Assembly (NCBI GenBank): GCA_048939015.1
Contig: JBHLPW010000004.1
Coordinates: forward strand, 32,001-96,000
Reading direction: 5' to 3'
DNA: 64,000 nucleotides
From: Promethearchaeota archaeon
Lineage (GTDB): Archaea; Asgardarchaeota; Lokiarchaeia; Sigyniarchaeales; SOKP01
Shown: positions 21,129 through 29,650 of the stretch, piece by piece
Position numbering within the stretch: the first letter of the stretch is position 1
Layout: each line of letters begins with the position of its first letter
Translations under genes and position numbers: made by a program
Notes under the pieces: generated by a model
Told to the model about the DNA's origin: nothing
Databases searched by the model: none
Seen by the model: the letters and a program-made list of their open reading frames with translations, nothing else

Positions 21129-21665
21129 TTGTCATATACTTCCACATTCAAAATTGTTATATTTGGTGATTCTCAGACTGGAAAAACTACTCTAACTCAT
21201 AGATTTTTAACGAATCTTTTTAAGCAAGATATTACTATGACTTTAGGTGTGGATTTCCACCTTAAAGCTATAGAAATAGACGGAGAAATGATAAAACTAC
21301 AGATCTGGGATTTTGCGGGTGAAGAACGATTTAGATTTCTCTTTCCTTCTTATATTAGAGGAGCTCACGGAGCAGTCTTTATGTATGATATTACAAATTA
21401 TGGTTCACTTGCTCATGTAGATGATTGGTTTGAAATCGTAGAAAAAGAGATAAAATCTCATTTACCAATTATATTTGTTGGTGGCAAAACGGATTTAATA
21501 CATCTGAAAGAAGTATCTACGAAAAAAGCAATGGATTTAGCAATGACTAAAGGAGCAGATGGTTTTGTGGAGTGTAGTTCAAAAACAGGCGAAAATATTC
21601 ATAAAATCTTTAACCTTCTTACGAAATTGATTATAAAAAATCGTGATTTACGAACCGTAGCCTAA
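21129..21665 (+). CDS. Rab/Ras-like small GTPase
   Basis: GDSQTGKT, TLGVDF, WDFAGEERF, GKTD and ECSSK; no C-terminal Cys. Confidence 0.93.
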   Translation: MSYTSTFKIVIFGDSQTGKTTLTHRFLTNLFKQDITMTLGVDFHLKAIEIDGEMIKLQIWDFAGEERFRFLFPSYIRGAHGAVFMYDITNYGSLAHVDDWFEIVEKEIKSHLPIIFVGGKTDLIHLKEVSTKKAMDLAMTKGADGFVECSSKTGENIHKIFNLLTKLIIKNRDLRTVA

Positions 21666-21706
21666 TTGGTATTTAATTAAGTATATAAAAATTTTAGTGT
21701 TTTTCT

Positions 21707-22171
21707 ATTAAGATTACTCAAGCAACAGGAGAAGATATTCCTGAGATTGTAGAACTTTGGAAGGAACTTGCTGATCATCATTCAAAATTAGATTCTTTTT
21801 TCACAAGGAGGAAGGATGGACACATCAACTTTAAACCCTTTATATCTGATTTGATTGAATCTGATGATGCAAAGATATTTGTAGCATTCGAGGATGATCA
21901 AATCATAGGGTATACAGTTCCTAAGATCGATCAATATTCACCAGTTTATCTTTTAGAAAAGCATGGTTCTATTTATGATATGTTTGTAAGTTTGGAGCAT
22001 AGAAGAAGAGGGATTGGAAAAAAATTATGGGAGGAAGCTCTTAGATGGTTCAAGGGATTAGGATTAGAAAGAGTAGAATTGAGTATTGTACCGACTAATC
22101 CTGAATCTTCATCTTTCTGGAAAAAACAAGGATTTTCTGATTATACGCATAGATTATATATCAAAATTTGA
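21707..22171 (+). CDS. GNAT N-acetyltransferase (start extended to ATT 21707; track start 21851)
   Basis: VSLEHRRRGIG and FWKKQGF; the open frame upstream of 21851 encodes a typical GNAT N-terminus IKITQATGEDIPEIVELWKEL. Confidence 0.8.
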   Translation: MKITQATGEDIPEIVELWKELADHHSKLDSFFTRRKDGHINFKPFISDLIESDDAKIFVAFEDDQIIGYTVPKIDQYSPVYLLEKHGSIYDMFVSLEHRRRGIGKKLWEEALRWFKGLGLERVELSIVPTNPESSSFWKKQGFSDYTHRLYIKI

Positions 22172-22188
22172 AGATTCCATAATTCTTA

Positions 22189-24012
22189 TCATAAATTTAG
22201 AAATCTGAGCTTTTCAGCATTCGGCACTCCAGTTAAATAATCCCAATCACGATATTCATAGAAAAATTTTTTTAATTTATTAAAATTGGGAGATTTTCCT
22301 GCTGATCCTCCACTTTCGAATGGATTCAATAAAATTTGAGGTATTCTATCATCTGAAGGTGTTAATCCCATTTTTATATTAAACATTCTTTTCATATTAG
22401 CTATCCTTTCCCCATATAGCTTTACTTCTTCGAGTCTAAAGTTTAAACCTGTAGCATATTGTATAATATCGGCATTATGAGAAGGTAAAGGATTACAAAA
22501 AGAACACATTACCATTGAACTATACAAAGCTCTATAATCCATTAATAATGAGCAACATTCTGCCATTTCCATGTCATCCTTATAAGTGTCAATTTGTTTA
22601 ATGCCCAACTCCTCTAAAGGAATACCCATTAATACATAATAAGCATCACAAGCATTATGAGAAGGACCACGGGGGCCTATTCCGTAGGCAATTGACATTC
22701 CATAGTTCGCGCGGCTATCATGGTATGTAACTTCTAAATTATCAACAGTAGCAATTTCCTCCTTATCAATATTAAATTTGTCTGCAAAGTAATTTGAACC
22801 TTCGGAAAGAATACTACCAAGTCCTTCTCTTCTAGCTATCTTTTCTATTAATTGATCCACTTTATCTAATTCACTCCAACCAAGAGTTAATCCATCAATA
22901 TCTTCTGAATTTATTCTTCCTAAGTTATGATGATAAATTAAGCTTGCAATTACACCACTTGTACTAATTGTATCAATTCCGAAGTCATCACACCTTTTAT
23001 TGAAATAAGCAATAGATTCTAAATCATCATTTAAGATCAAACTACCAAACCCACAAATAGTTTCATATTCTGGACCTCTTATTTGTTCAGTTTTGTATTT
23101 TCCATCTTTGATTTCTATAATCCTTCCACATCCTATTACACATGAATGACAAAATGCCTGTTTCACTAGGATAGTTTCAGCCATTGTTACCCCTGATATA
23201 TTTCTTGCTTTTTCCCATTTAGATCTCGTATGATATTTTACAGGTAATTCACCTGTAACATTATACATGTCGAGAGCGGCAGCAGTACCATACATTCCCA
23301 ACATTTGGCTCGCAACTGAGGATTTTACGTAATCCCTTGCATTTTTTATTGCTACGTCCAATTTTTCCTTATTCGCGACATTAAGGCTTAAATTAGAACC
23401 CTTTACAATTATAGCTTTTAATTTTTTTGAACCAAATATAGCACCCAAGCCAGTTCTTCCAGCTGCTCTTTGTTCAGAAATTATATTTGCAAATCTAACT
23501 AGGTTTTCCCCAGCTATTCCTATACAAGCAACCTTTGCTTTATTATCTCCAAAGACTTCTTTAAGTTTTTTAGTTGTATAGGATGTATCCTTTCCCCAAA
23601 TAAACTCTGCATCACTAATTTGAATATTTTGATCATTTATTTCAATATAGACGGGTTTTTCTGAAGCACCAACTATTTCTATCCCATCATATCCTGCTTT
23701 CTTCACTTCAGCTCCAAACCAACTCCCACAATTTGATTCACCCCAGATTCCTGTTAATGGAGATTTAGAGCATACGACCCATCTTCCAGTATTTGGAGCA
23801 AAAGTTCCGTTAAGAGGACCTGTCATTATCATTAAAATATTTTCTGGAGAAAGTGGATCCGTTTCTAGTTCTAACTTATCATATAGATAACGACAAGCAT
23901 ATCCTGCTCCCCCTAAGAAGTTTTTCGCAATAGTCTCCTCTAAAGGGGAAGTAGAAATTTCTTTATTAGTAAGATCAATTTTCAATATCTTTCCTCTAAA
24001 CGAGTATAATAT
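22189..24012 (-). CDS. Tungsten-dependent aldehyde:ferredoxin oxidoreductase family (start extended to ATA 24012; track start 23985)
   Basis: KSPLTG, AGRTGLGA.FGSKKLKAI, CHSCVIGC, GPEYET and DDFGIDTIS motifs. Confidence 0.9.
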   Translation of the reverse strand: MLYSFRGKILKIDLTNKEISTSPLEETIAKNFLGGAGYACRYLYDKLELETDPLSPENILMIMTGPLNGTFAPNTGRWVVCSKSPLTGIWGESNCGSWFGAEVKKAGYDGIEIVGASEKPVYIEINDQNIQISDAEFIWGKDTSYTTKKLKEVFGDNKAKVACIGIAGENLVRFANIISEQRAAGRTGLGAIFGSKKLKAIIVKGSNLSLNVANKEKLDVAIKNARDYVKSSVASQMLGMYGTAAALDMYNVTGELPVKYHTRSKWEKARNISGVTMAETILVKQAFCHSCVIGCGRIIEIKDGKYKTEQIRGPEYETICGFGSLILNDDLESIAYFNKRCDDFGIDTISTSGVIASLIYHHNLGRINSEDIDGLTLGWSELDKVDQLIEKIARREGLGSILSEGSNYFADKFNIDKEEIATVDNLEVTYHDSRANYGMSIAYGIGPRGPSHNACDAYYVLMGIPLEELGIKQIDTYKDDMEMAECCSLLMDYRALYSSMVMCSFCNPLPSHNADIIQYATGLNFRLEEVKLYGERIANMKRMFNIKMGLTPSDDRIPQILLNPFESGGSAGKSPNFNKLKKFFYEYRDWDYLTGVPNAEKLRFLNL

Positions 24013-24173
24013 TTTGGTACACCACTTTGTTCTGATTAAAAATCTATTTGGTAATTATGTGTTTATTTTTTATTTATTTTACTTTTTTATTATTTTTACA
24101 TTTGAAATATGATTTGTAGAATTTATGAATAATTAAAACAACATTTTTAAACCTTGAAAGTTGAATAGTAAAT

Positions 24174-24680
24174 ATGGAACCTATAAGCGATTTAAAATGG
24201 AAAGATCTTATCTCTCCAACAATGACTCCTGATGATTACTTAAAGATTTATGGTGATAAAGTTAGAGAAGTCTATGAGAACTATGAACCAAAATCAGATG
24301 TTATTCAAACCATTAAAGAAATTCTTGACAATAAGCAAGGAAAATTAAAAATTGTTGCTTTAGGTGCTGATTGGTGTCCTGATTGTTCAAAATATATACC
24401 AAGAATGATAAAATTAATAAAAGATTTAAAAATTGAAAAAGTAAGCTTAGATATATTATATGGAATTATGGTAAATGCCTTACATAAACCGGGAGAAACT
24501 AATTGGCATAAAAAACGTTCCCCCCCAGAAGCAACTGATCCTAAGTTTGATTTGAAAAAAATACCTACATTTTATTTCTTTAATAATGCTGGTAAACATA
24601 TTGGGGTTATTGTGGAACATCCGAAGTCGAACTCCACCTTAGAAGAGGATATATTGGAGATATTAGAAAATAATATATAA
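24174..24680 (+). CDS. Thioredoxin-family protein
   Basis: WCPDC motif and cis-Pro IPTF. Confidence 0.88.
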   Translation: MEPISDLKWKDLISPTMTPDDYLKIYGDKVREVYENYEPKSDVIQTIKEILDNKQGKLKIVALGADWCPDCSKYIPRMIKLIKDLKIEKVSLDILYGIMVNALHKPGETNWHKKRSPPEATDPKFDLKKIPTFYFFNNAGKHIGVIVEHPKSNSTLEEDILEILENNI

Positions 24681-24751
24681 AGGATTTTTGAAATCTATAT
24701 CATTATTTTAAATCATCAATATTTAAATTTTTAAGAAGTTATAATAATTTT

Positions 24752-26797
24752 ATGTCAAAATTAAAAGTAAAAAGAGTTATTATATTTAAGCATGGAGTAT
24801 CCTATTACATTCTTGAAGGAATCCTTAAGGGTTCTGGTAATTTTGAACTTGAATTCAAAATTGATGAGATGAATGATGTATTAAAATCACTTTTTGTTTT
24901 GGATACGAGTAAAAATGGTTATATTTCATCAATATCTTATGATGCTGCCTTAGATACTGACCAATTACTAAGATCTATAATGTTAAACATCCCTGATCGT
25001 GATTCTTTTTCTTCACTTGTAACCCAGATAAAAGGTGCTGAAGTGGTTTTAACTGTTGGTGGTGCTAAGAAAGTTTCTGGAAAAATTATGGGGATTGAGT
25101 ATGTTGAAAAATTGAGTAAAGTTGAAAAAATCACTGAAAAATTATTAACACTTCATCAAGATGATGGTACGATAACCAAATATAACTTTTCAGAGATTAA
25201 ATCATTAGAAATTATGAATGATGAGATTAAAAAGGATTTGAAATTCTTCTTAGACACAGTGATTGCTGGAAAGAAGAAAGATGCTAAAAAAATAATTATT
25301 AATTGTGAATCTGGAGGAGATGATGAGATTGATAGGAACATTTTTGTGTCCTATATACGTGAAAGTCCAATCTGGAAAACCTCATATCGATTAATTATGA
25401 GTAAGGAACAAGCATTAGAGCAAAAATGTTTACTATCTGGTTGGAGTCTTATCGAAAACACCACAAATCAAGATTGGGAAGATATAGAATTATCTCTGGT
25501 TGCTGGCATGCCGGTTTCATTTATTTATGAATTTTATAGACCTATTTTTATCCAAAGACCAATCATCCAACCACCGAAAGTCCTAAGCGCTAGACCTACT
25601 GAAATTGAAGAAGGATTAGAAATGGAGAAATTTACGGAGTATGCTATGGATGAATTGGAAGCTGCACCTGTAGCTAAAAAAAGAAAAGCAGAAGTCATGA
25701 GAACGGGTATGCGTCCTCCTCCAGCACCAGCAGGAGGAATAGGTTTTGCACGAAGTGTTATGTCAGATGCAGAAATGTTTGATAAAGTAAAATCTCAGGT
25801 CAAGACCCAAACAAAAGATCTAGGGGAATTATTTGAATATAATATATCAAATCCAGTAACAATTAAACGTAAGCAATCGGCGTTAGTGCCAATCCTTACT
25901 GAATCGATTAAAGCGAAGAGAATTTTACTTTATAACAAGAATGAACATGATAAAAATCCTAATGCTTGTCTAGAAATTACTAATAATACTAATCTAACAC
26001 TGGAGAGAGGTCCTGCAACAATCATATATGATGACAATCTTGCAGGTGAAGCGATAATTCCTTTTTTAAACAAAAGTGATACAAGGTTGCTGAATTATGC
26101 TGTAGAACAAGCTGTAATTATAACTTATGAGCAGAAATCCGAAAACTTAAATGTTCATAAAGTCACTTTTGAAAGTGGATATTCTTATGAATATTATTAC
26201 ACTAATTCAATGACTATATACAAAATTAAAAACAAAACTGAAGAGGAAAAGGAACTTTACCTTGATCATCCAAAAACCTATGATTTTAAAATTATAGAGA
26301 AACCGATTGAGCCTGAAGAAACTCCTAATTATTGGCGATTTAAAATTACTTTAAAACCAAAGGATGCTATTAATTTTAAACTAAAGGAACAGAGAGAAAA
26401 TTATTCAAGTGCATATTTATGGAATTATAGCAAGGATGATTTATTAAAACGAGTTAGTTTTTATGTCAAAAAGAAATTTATCGAACCAGACCTAGAAAAT
26501 CGTCTAAAAGAAATTGCAGTATTGATTCAAACTCTAAATGAATTAAGGGCTAAACAAGAAAAATTGAATGAAGAGAGAGATATTATGACTGATGAACAAT
26601 CTCGTCTAAGAGAAAATATTTCGGTTCTTGGTGAAGACAGTCAATCAATATCATTAAAGGAACGGTATATAAAGAAATTAAGTGATCAAGAGAGTAGATT
26701 TGAGGAGATTAAAAAAGAACTTAAAGATCTGGATAAAAAAGTAAAGGACTTAAATAAAACAATCGAAGAAAATATGAATTCACTCTCAAAACCTTAA
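24752..26797 (+). CDS. DUF4139-like protein with C-terminal coiled coil
   Basis: VIIFKHGVSY, PIWKTSYRL, ENTTNQDW..IELSLVAG and LFEY.I..PVTI patterns; heptad-rich tail. Confidence 0.75.
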   Translation: MSKLKVKRVIIFKHGVSYYILEGILKGSGNFELEFKIDEMNDVLKSLFVLDTSKNGYISSISYDAALDTDQLLRSIMLNIPDRDSFSSLVTQIKGAEVVLTVGGAKKVSGKIMGIEYVEKLSKVEKITEKLLTLHQDDGTITKYNFSEIKSLEIMNDEIKKDLKFFLDTVIAGKKKDAKKIIINCESGGDDEIDRNIFVSYIRESPIWKTSYRLIMSKEQALEQKCLLSGWSLIENTTNQDWEDIELSLVAGMPVSFIYEFYRPIFIQRPIIQPPKVLSARPTEIEEGLEMEKFTEYAMDELEAAPVAKKRKAEVMRTGMRPPPAPAGGIGFARSVMSDAEMFDKVKSQVKTQTKDLGELFEYNISNPVTIKRKQSALVPILTESIKAKRILLYNKNEHDKNPNACLEITNNTNLTLERGPATIIYDDNLAGEAIIPFLNKSDTRLLNYAVEQAVIITYEQKSENLNVHKVTFESGYSYEYYYTNSMTIYKIKNKTEEEKELYLDHPKTYDFKIIEKPIEPEETPNYWRFKITLKPKDAINFKLKEQRENYSSAYLWNYSKDDLLKRVSFYVKKKFIEPDLENRLKEIAVLIQTLNELRAKQEKLNEERDIMTDEQSRLRENISVLGEDSQSISLKERYIKKLSDQESRFEEIKKELKDLDKKVKDLNKTIEENMNSLSKP

Positions 26798-26824
26798 TAT
26801 AAATACAATTTTAATTTTTTTATT

Positions 26825-27529
26825 ATGCAAAAACAAATAGAAATCCCACGATTCAAAAGTTTTTTATATCGCAGTGCATGGCTTTATAATGCAATTACTC
26901 GGCGACTGTATAATCAAGACAAAAAATTTCTTACAATAGCTTTACTTATTGGAAAAGGTCCAAAAAAAGTTTTAGATATGCCATGTGGCACTGGTTATTT
27001 AATGAGGTTTCTAGATCCCGCAATAGAATATGAAGGTGTAGATTTAAATCGTCGATTTTTAAAGCGTATAAAAAATAAAGAGCTCAAAAAAAGAAATATA
27101 AAATTAAAGAAAATTATATTACACCAAAAAGATATTTTCGAGTTTGATAATTATAAAGGGGAAATAAAAGATGTTATCATTATTAGTGATATTCTGCATC
27201 ATATTTACCCAAAACACATTGAATTAATTAATATAGCAAAGAAAATCTCACGAAAAGTTATAATTTGTGAACCTTACACTGTTAAGCCTAAGAAGATTAC
27301 TGCCCAAGATAAGATTTTTAAAATTATTATTTTTTTTGGTAAATTTCTGCCAGAAGCAATATTCAAAATAGTTGATTTCTTCTTTTTAGATAATGATGGT
27401 ATTAATTCTTACCAAAATAGATCAAAATGGAATCATAACAAAAAAAGCCTAAAACAATTATTAGAGAATTTGGGATTTACAAAAATCTACAAATTATTTG
27501 ATGAATATATCGGTATTTGGGAATATTAA
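26825..27529 (+). CDS. Class I SAM-dependent methyltransferase
   Basis: VLDMPCGTG, GVDLN and DILHH motifs. Confidence 0.85.
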   Translation: MQKQIEIPRFKSFLYRSAWLYNAITRRLYNQDKKFLTIALLIGKGPKKVLDMPCGTGYLMRFLDPAIEYEGVDLNRRFLKRIKNKELKKRNIKLKKIILHQKDIFEFDNYKGEIKDVIIISDILHHIYPKHIELINIAKKISRKVIICEPYTVKPKKITAQDKIFKIIIFFGKFLPEAIFKIVDFFFLDNDGINSYQNRSKWNHNKKSLKQLLENLGFTKIYKLFDEYIGIWEY

Positions 27530-27554
27530 AAATTCATAGAGGTTTAGTAAGAAA

Positions 27555-28223
27555 TTGAAAGTCACATTATCATTATGGGATACTGGAGGACAAGAACGGT
27601 TTGATTTTTTTAAAACAGACTTTTTTAAGGGAGTTGCAGTTCTAGGTTTGGTTTTTGATTTAAGTCGCCCAAATACCTTTGATAAAATAGATGACTATTT
27701 TAATGAAATTCGAGATAGATCTGGAAACATTCCGATTTTTTTAATAGGAAATAAAAACGATTTAAAACAAGATATTGGAGAGATAATACCAAGAGAAAAA
27801 ATTATTCAAAAATTAAATCAATATTATTTATTTGAATACGTAGAAACATCTGCTTTAGAGGATAAAAATGTAGAAAAATTGTTTTATAGATTTGCACTCA
27901 CTGCTTTACTCGATTTTAAACCTAGACTTGGTGAAATTGTTGATTCTAATCATTTTCGATTTAAAGTTTTACTCGCTGGTGCAGCAGCAGTAGGAAAATC
28001 TTCTTTAATAAGAACATTTACAAAAAAAAGCTTTGAACAAGATTATAAATTAACGATTGGTTTGGACTTCATGATACAGGATCTTGAAATTCATGATGAG
28101 GATATTCCCATTGAAACTCAAGAATTAATAAAGAAATCATCGAAAGGATACAAAAAATTAGTTAAAAAATATCGCAAAAGAGAAGAAATAACTGAAATGA
28201 TCGAAGTTCTAAAAGAAGCGTAA
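27555..28223 (+). CDS. Circularly permuted Rab-like small GTPase (G3-G4-G5-G1-G2)
   Basis: WDTGGQ at aa 8-13, NKND at aa 66-69, ETSAL at aa 97-101, GAAAVGKS at aa 142-149, TIGLDF at aa 167-172; in-frame TAG at 27537 upstream. Confidence 0.9.
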   Translation: MKVTLSLWDTGGQERFDFFKTDFFKGVAVLGLVFDLSRPNTFDKIDDYFNEIRDRSGNIPIFLIGNKNDLKQDIGEIIPREKIIQKLNQYYLFEYVETSALEDKNVEKLFYRFALTALLDFKPRLGEIVDSNHFRFKVLLAGAAAVGKSSLIRTFTKKSFEQDYKLTIGLDFMIQDLEIHDEDIPIETQELIKKSSKGYKKLVKKYRKREEITEMIEVLKEA

Positions 28224-28243
28224 GGATTTTTACTTGAAACTTA

Positions 28244-29239
28244 TTAAACAAAGTGTTTTTGACTTGCGATCATATCTGCTTCATGAACTAAATTGGCTAG
28301 TTCATTCATTTCTATAGGATAATATTTACTCCATTGACCGTGATGGAATATTATTGCTTTATATATATCATCATCATAAAATAAGATATCTTTATTTTTT
28401 CTAAGAACTGCTATTGCCTCTTCAACGTGGTGATGCCTACCCTCATAATTAAATTTTCTTACTATCTCTTCATGAACACGGTCTAATTCTTCGCGTTCTA
28501 CAATGATCTTAGATGAAAAATCCTTTTTTCTATAAGAATAATACGATATTTTTCCAAAATCGTGATATATTGCTGTTAAAACCGCTTTTTTAAGATCTAT
28601 TTGATCGATCATAGAATTACTCAATTTAAAGGTATAATTTGTTACTAATAAGATATGATCAAAAAGACCCCCTATATACCCTCCATGAAATCCTCTTAAG
28701 GCTGCTGGTAATTTTTTTGCTTCTTTCAAAATGTCTCTTAGAAATTCTTTTGTTGAATCAGAAAGTTCAATAAGATCAAAAAAGAAATCAAATCCCTTAT
28801 AATCGAAATTTATCTCCTTTTCAAGATCTTTATTTATAAAGTGGTTATAATCTGAAAAGTCAATATGATTACTCTGAAAAAGCTTGACTTTCTTCTCATC
28901 GAACTCTTTTAGAAACCAGTTAGCTAATGCTGAATCTTTTTTATTTAGAAGGTAAAAAAATTTTACGATATGTTTGCAAAATCTATTATTAGGTTTTTTT
29001 CTTGCTAAATAATCAGGACAATCATGATTAATAAAATTGTATAAAGTCTTCTGAGAAATATCAAAATTAATTTTATATGGAACTAATTTATTTCCTTGTA
29101 CTTCAGCCTCAATTATTCCATTTTCTTTATCAATTTTCAGAATTCTTATACAATCATCTGAAATGGATTTAGCGCGATCCAAAGTTTTTTTATCACTAAA
29201 AATCTTAAGCTTCTCTTCAAAGTTGTATTGATTAACCAT
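28244..29239 (-). CDS. SWIM-like Zn finger fused to HD-domain phosphohydrolase (YhaM-like)
   Basis: EVQG...Y.I...HDCPD...CKH; FHGGYIGGLFDH, YHDFGK, HHG and ADM motifs. Confidence 0.8.
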   Translation of the reverse strand: MVNQYNFEEKLKIFSDKKTLDRAKSISDDCIRILKIDKENGIIEAEVQGNKLVPYKINFDISQKTLYNFINHDCPDYLARKKPNNRFCKHIVKFFYLLNKKDSALANWFLKEFDEKKVKLFQSNHIDFSDYNHFINKDLEKEINFDYKGFDFFFDLIELSDSTKEFLRDILKEAKKLPAALRGFHGGYIGGLFDHILLVTNYTFKLSNSMIDQIDLKKAVLTAIYHDFGKISYYSYRKKDFSSKIIVEREELDRVHEEIVRKFNYEGRHHHVEEAIAVLRKNKDILFYDDDIYKAIIFHHGQWSKYYPIEMNELANLVHEADMIASQKHFV

Positions 29240-29361
29240 ATTTTTTATTATTAATTTTGAAAAATATTTAAACCAATAGTCTCATATTAATTTAAGTTTT
29301 TAAACCAAAAAAAATTAAATAATCATGTCCTTAATATTTTAAAAAATGTAAGGTGTGAAAT

Positions 29362-29574
29362 TTGAGTATTGAAGAACTGCAAGATGAAGTTGATAAATTA
29401 TTAGAAGAAATGGATGAACTTCAAGAAGTTTGTGATACACTCCCCCAATGTGATGAAGATGATGGCTGTGCTACATGTGAGACAAATAAAAAAATTGAAG
29501 CGCTTGAACAAAAAATTGAAGATCTAGAGAATAGAGTAGAAGCACTATTAGGCGAAGAAGAAGAAGAAGATTAA
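29362..29574 (+). CDS. Small acidic coiled-coil protein with four-Cys motif
   Basis: 70 aa, C-x5-C-x5-C-x2-C; AGGTGTG SD-like motif upstream of the TTG. Confidence 0.75.
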   Translation: MSIEELQDEVDKLLEEMDELQEVCDTLPQCDEDDGCATCETNKKIEALEQKIEDLENRVEALLGEEEEED

Positions 29575-29650
29575 TCAGATCTCCCATTTATATGATTAAA
29601 ATATAAAATTTATTTTTATTTCTTTTATCTCGTACTTTCTGAATCTTTAT

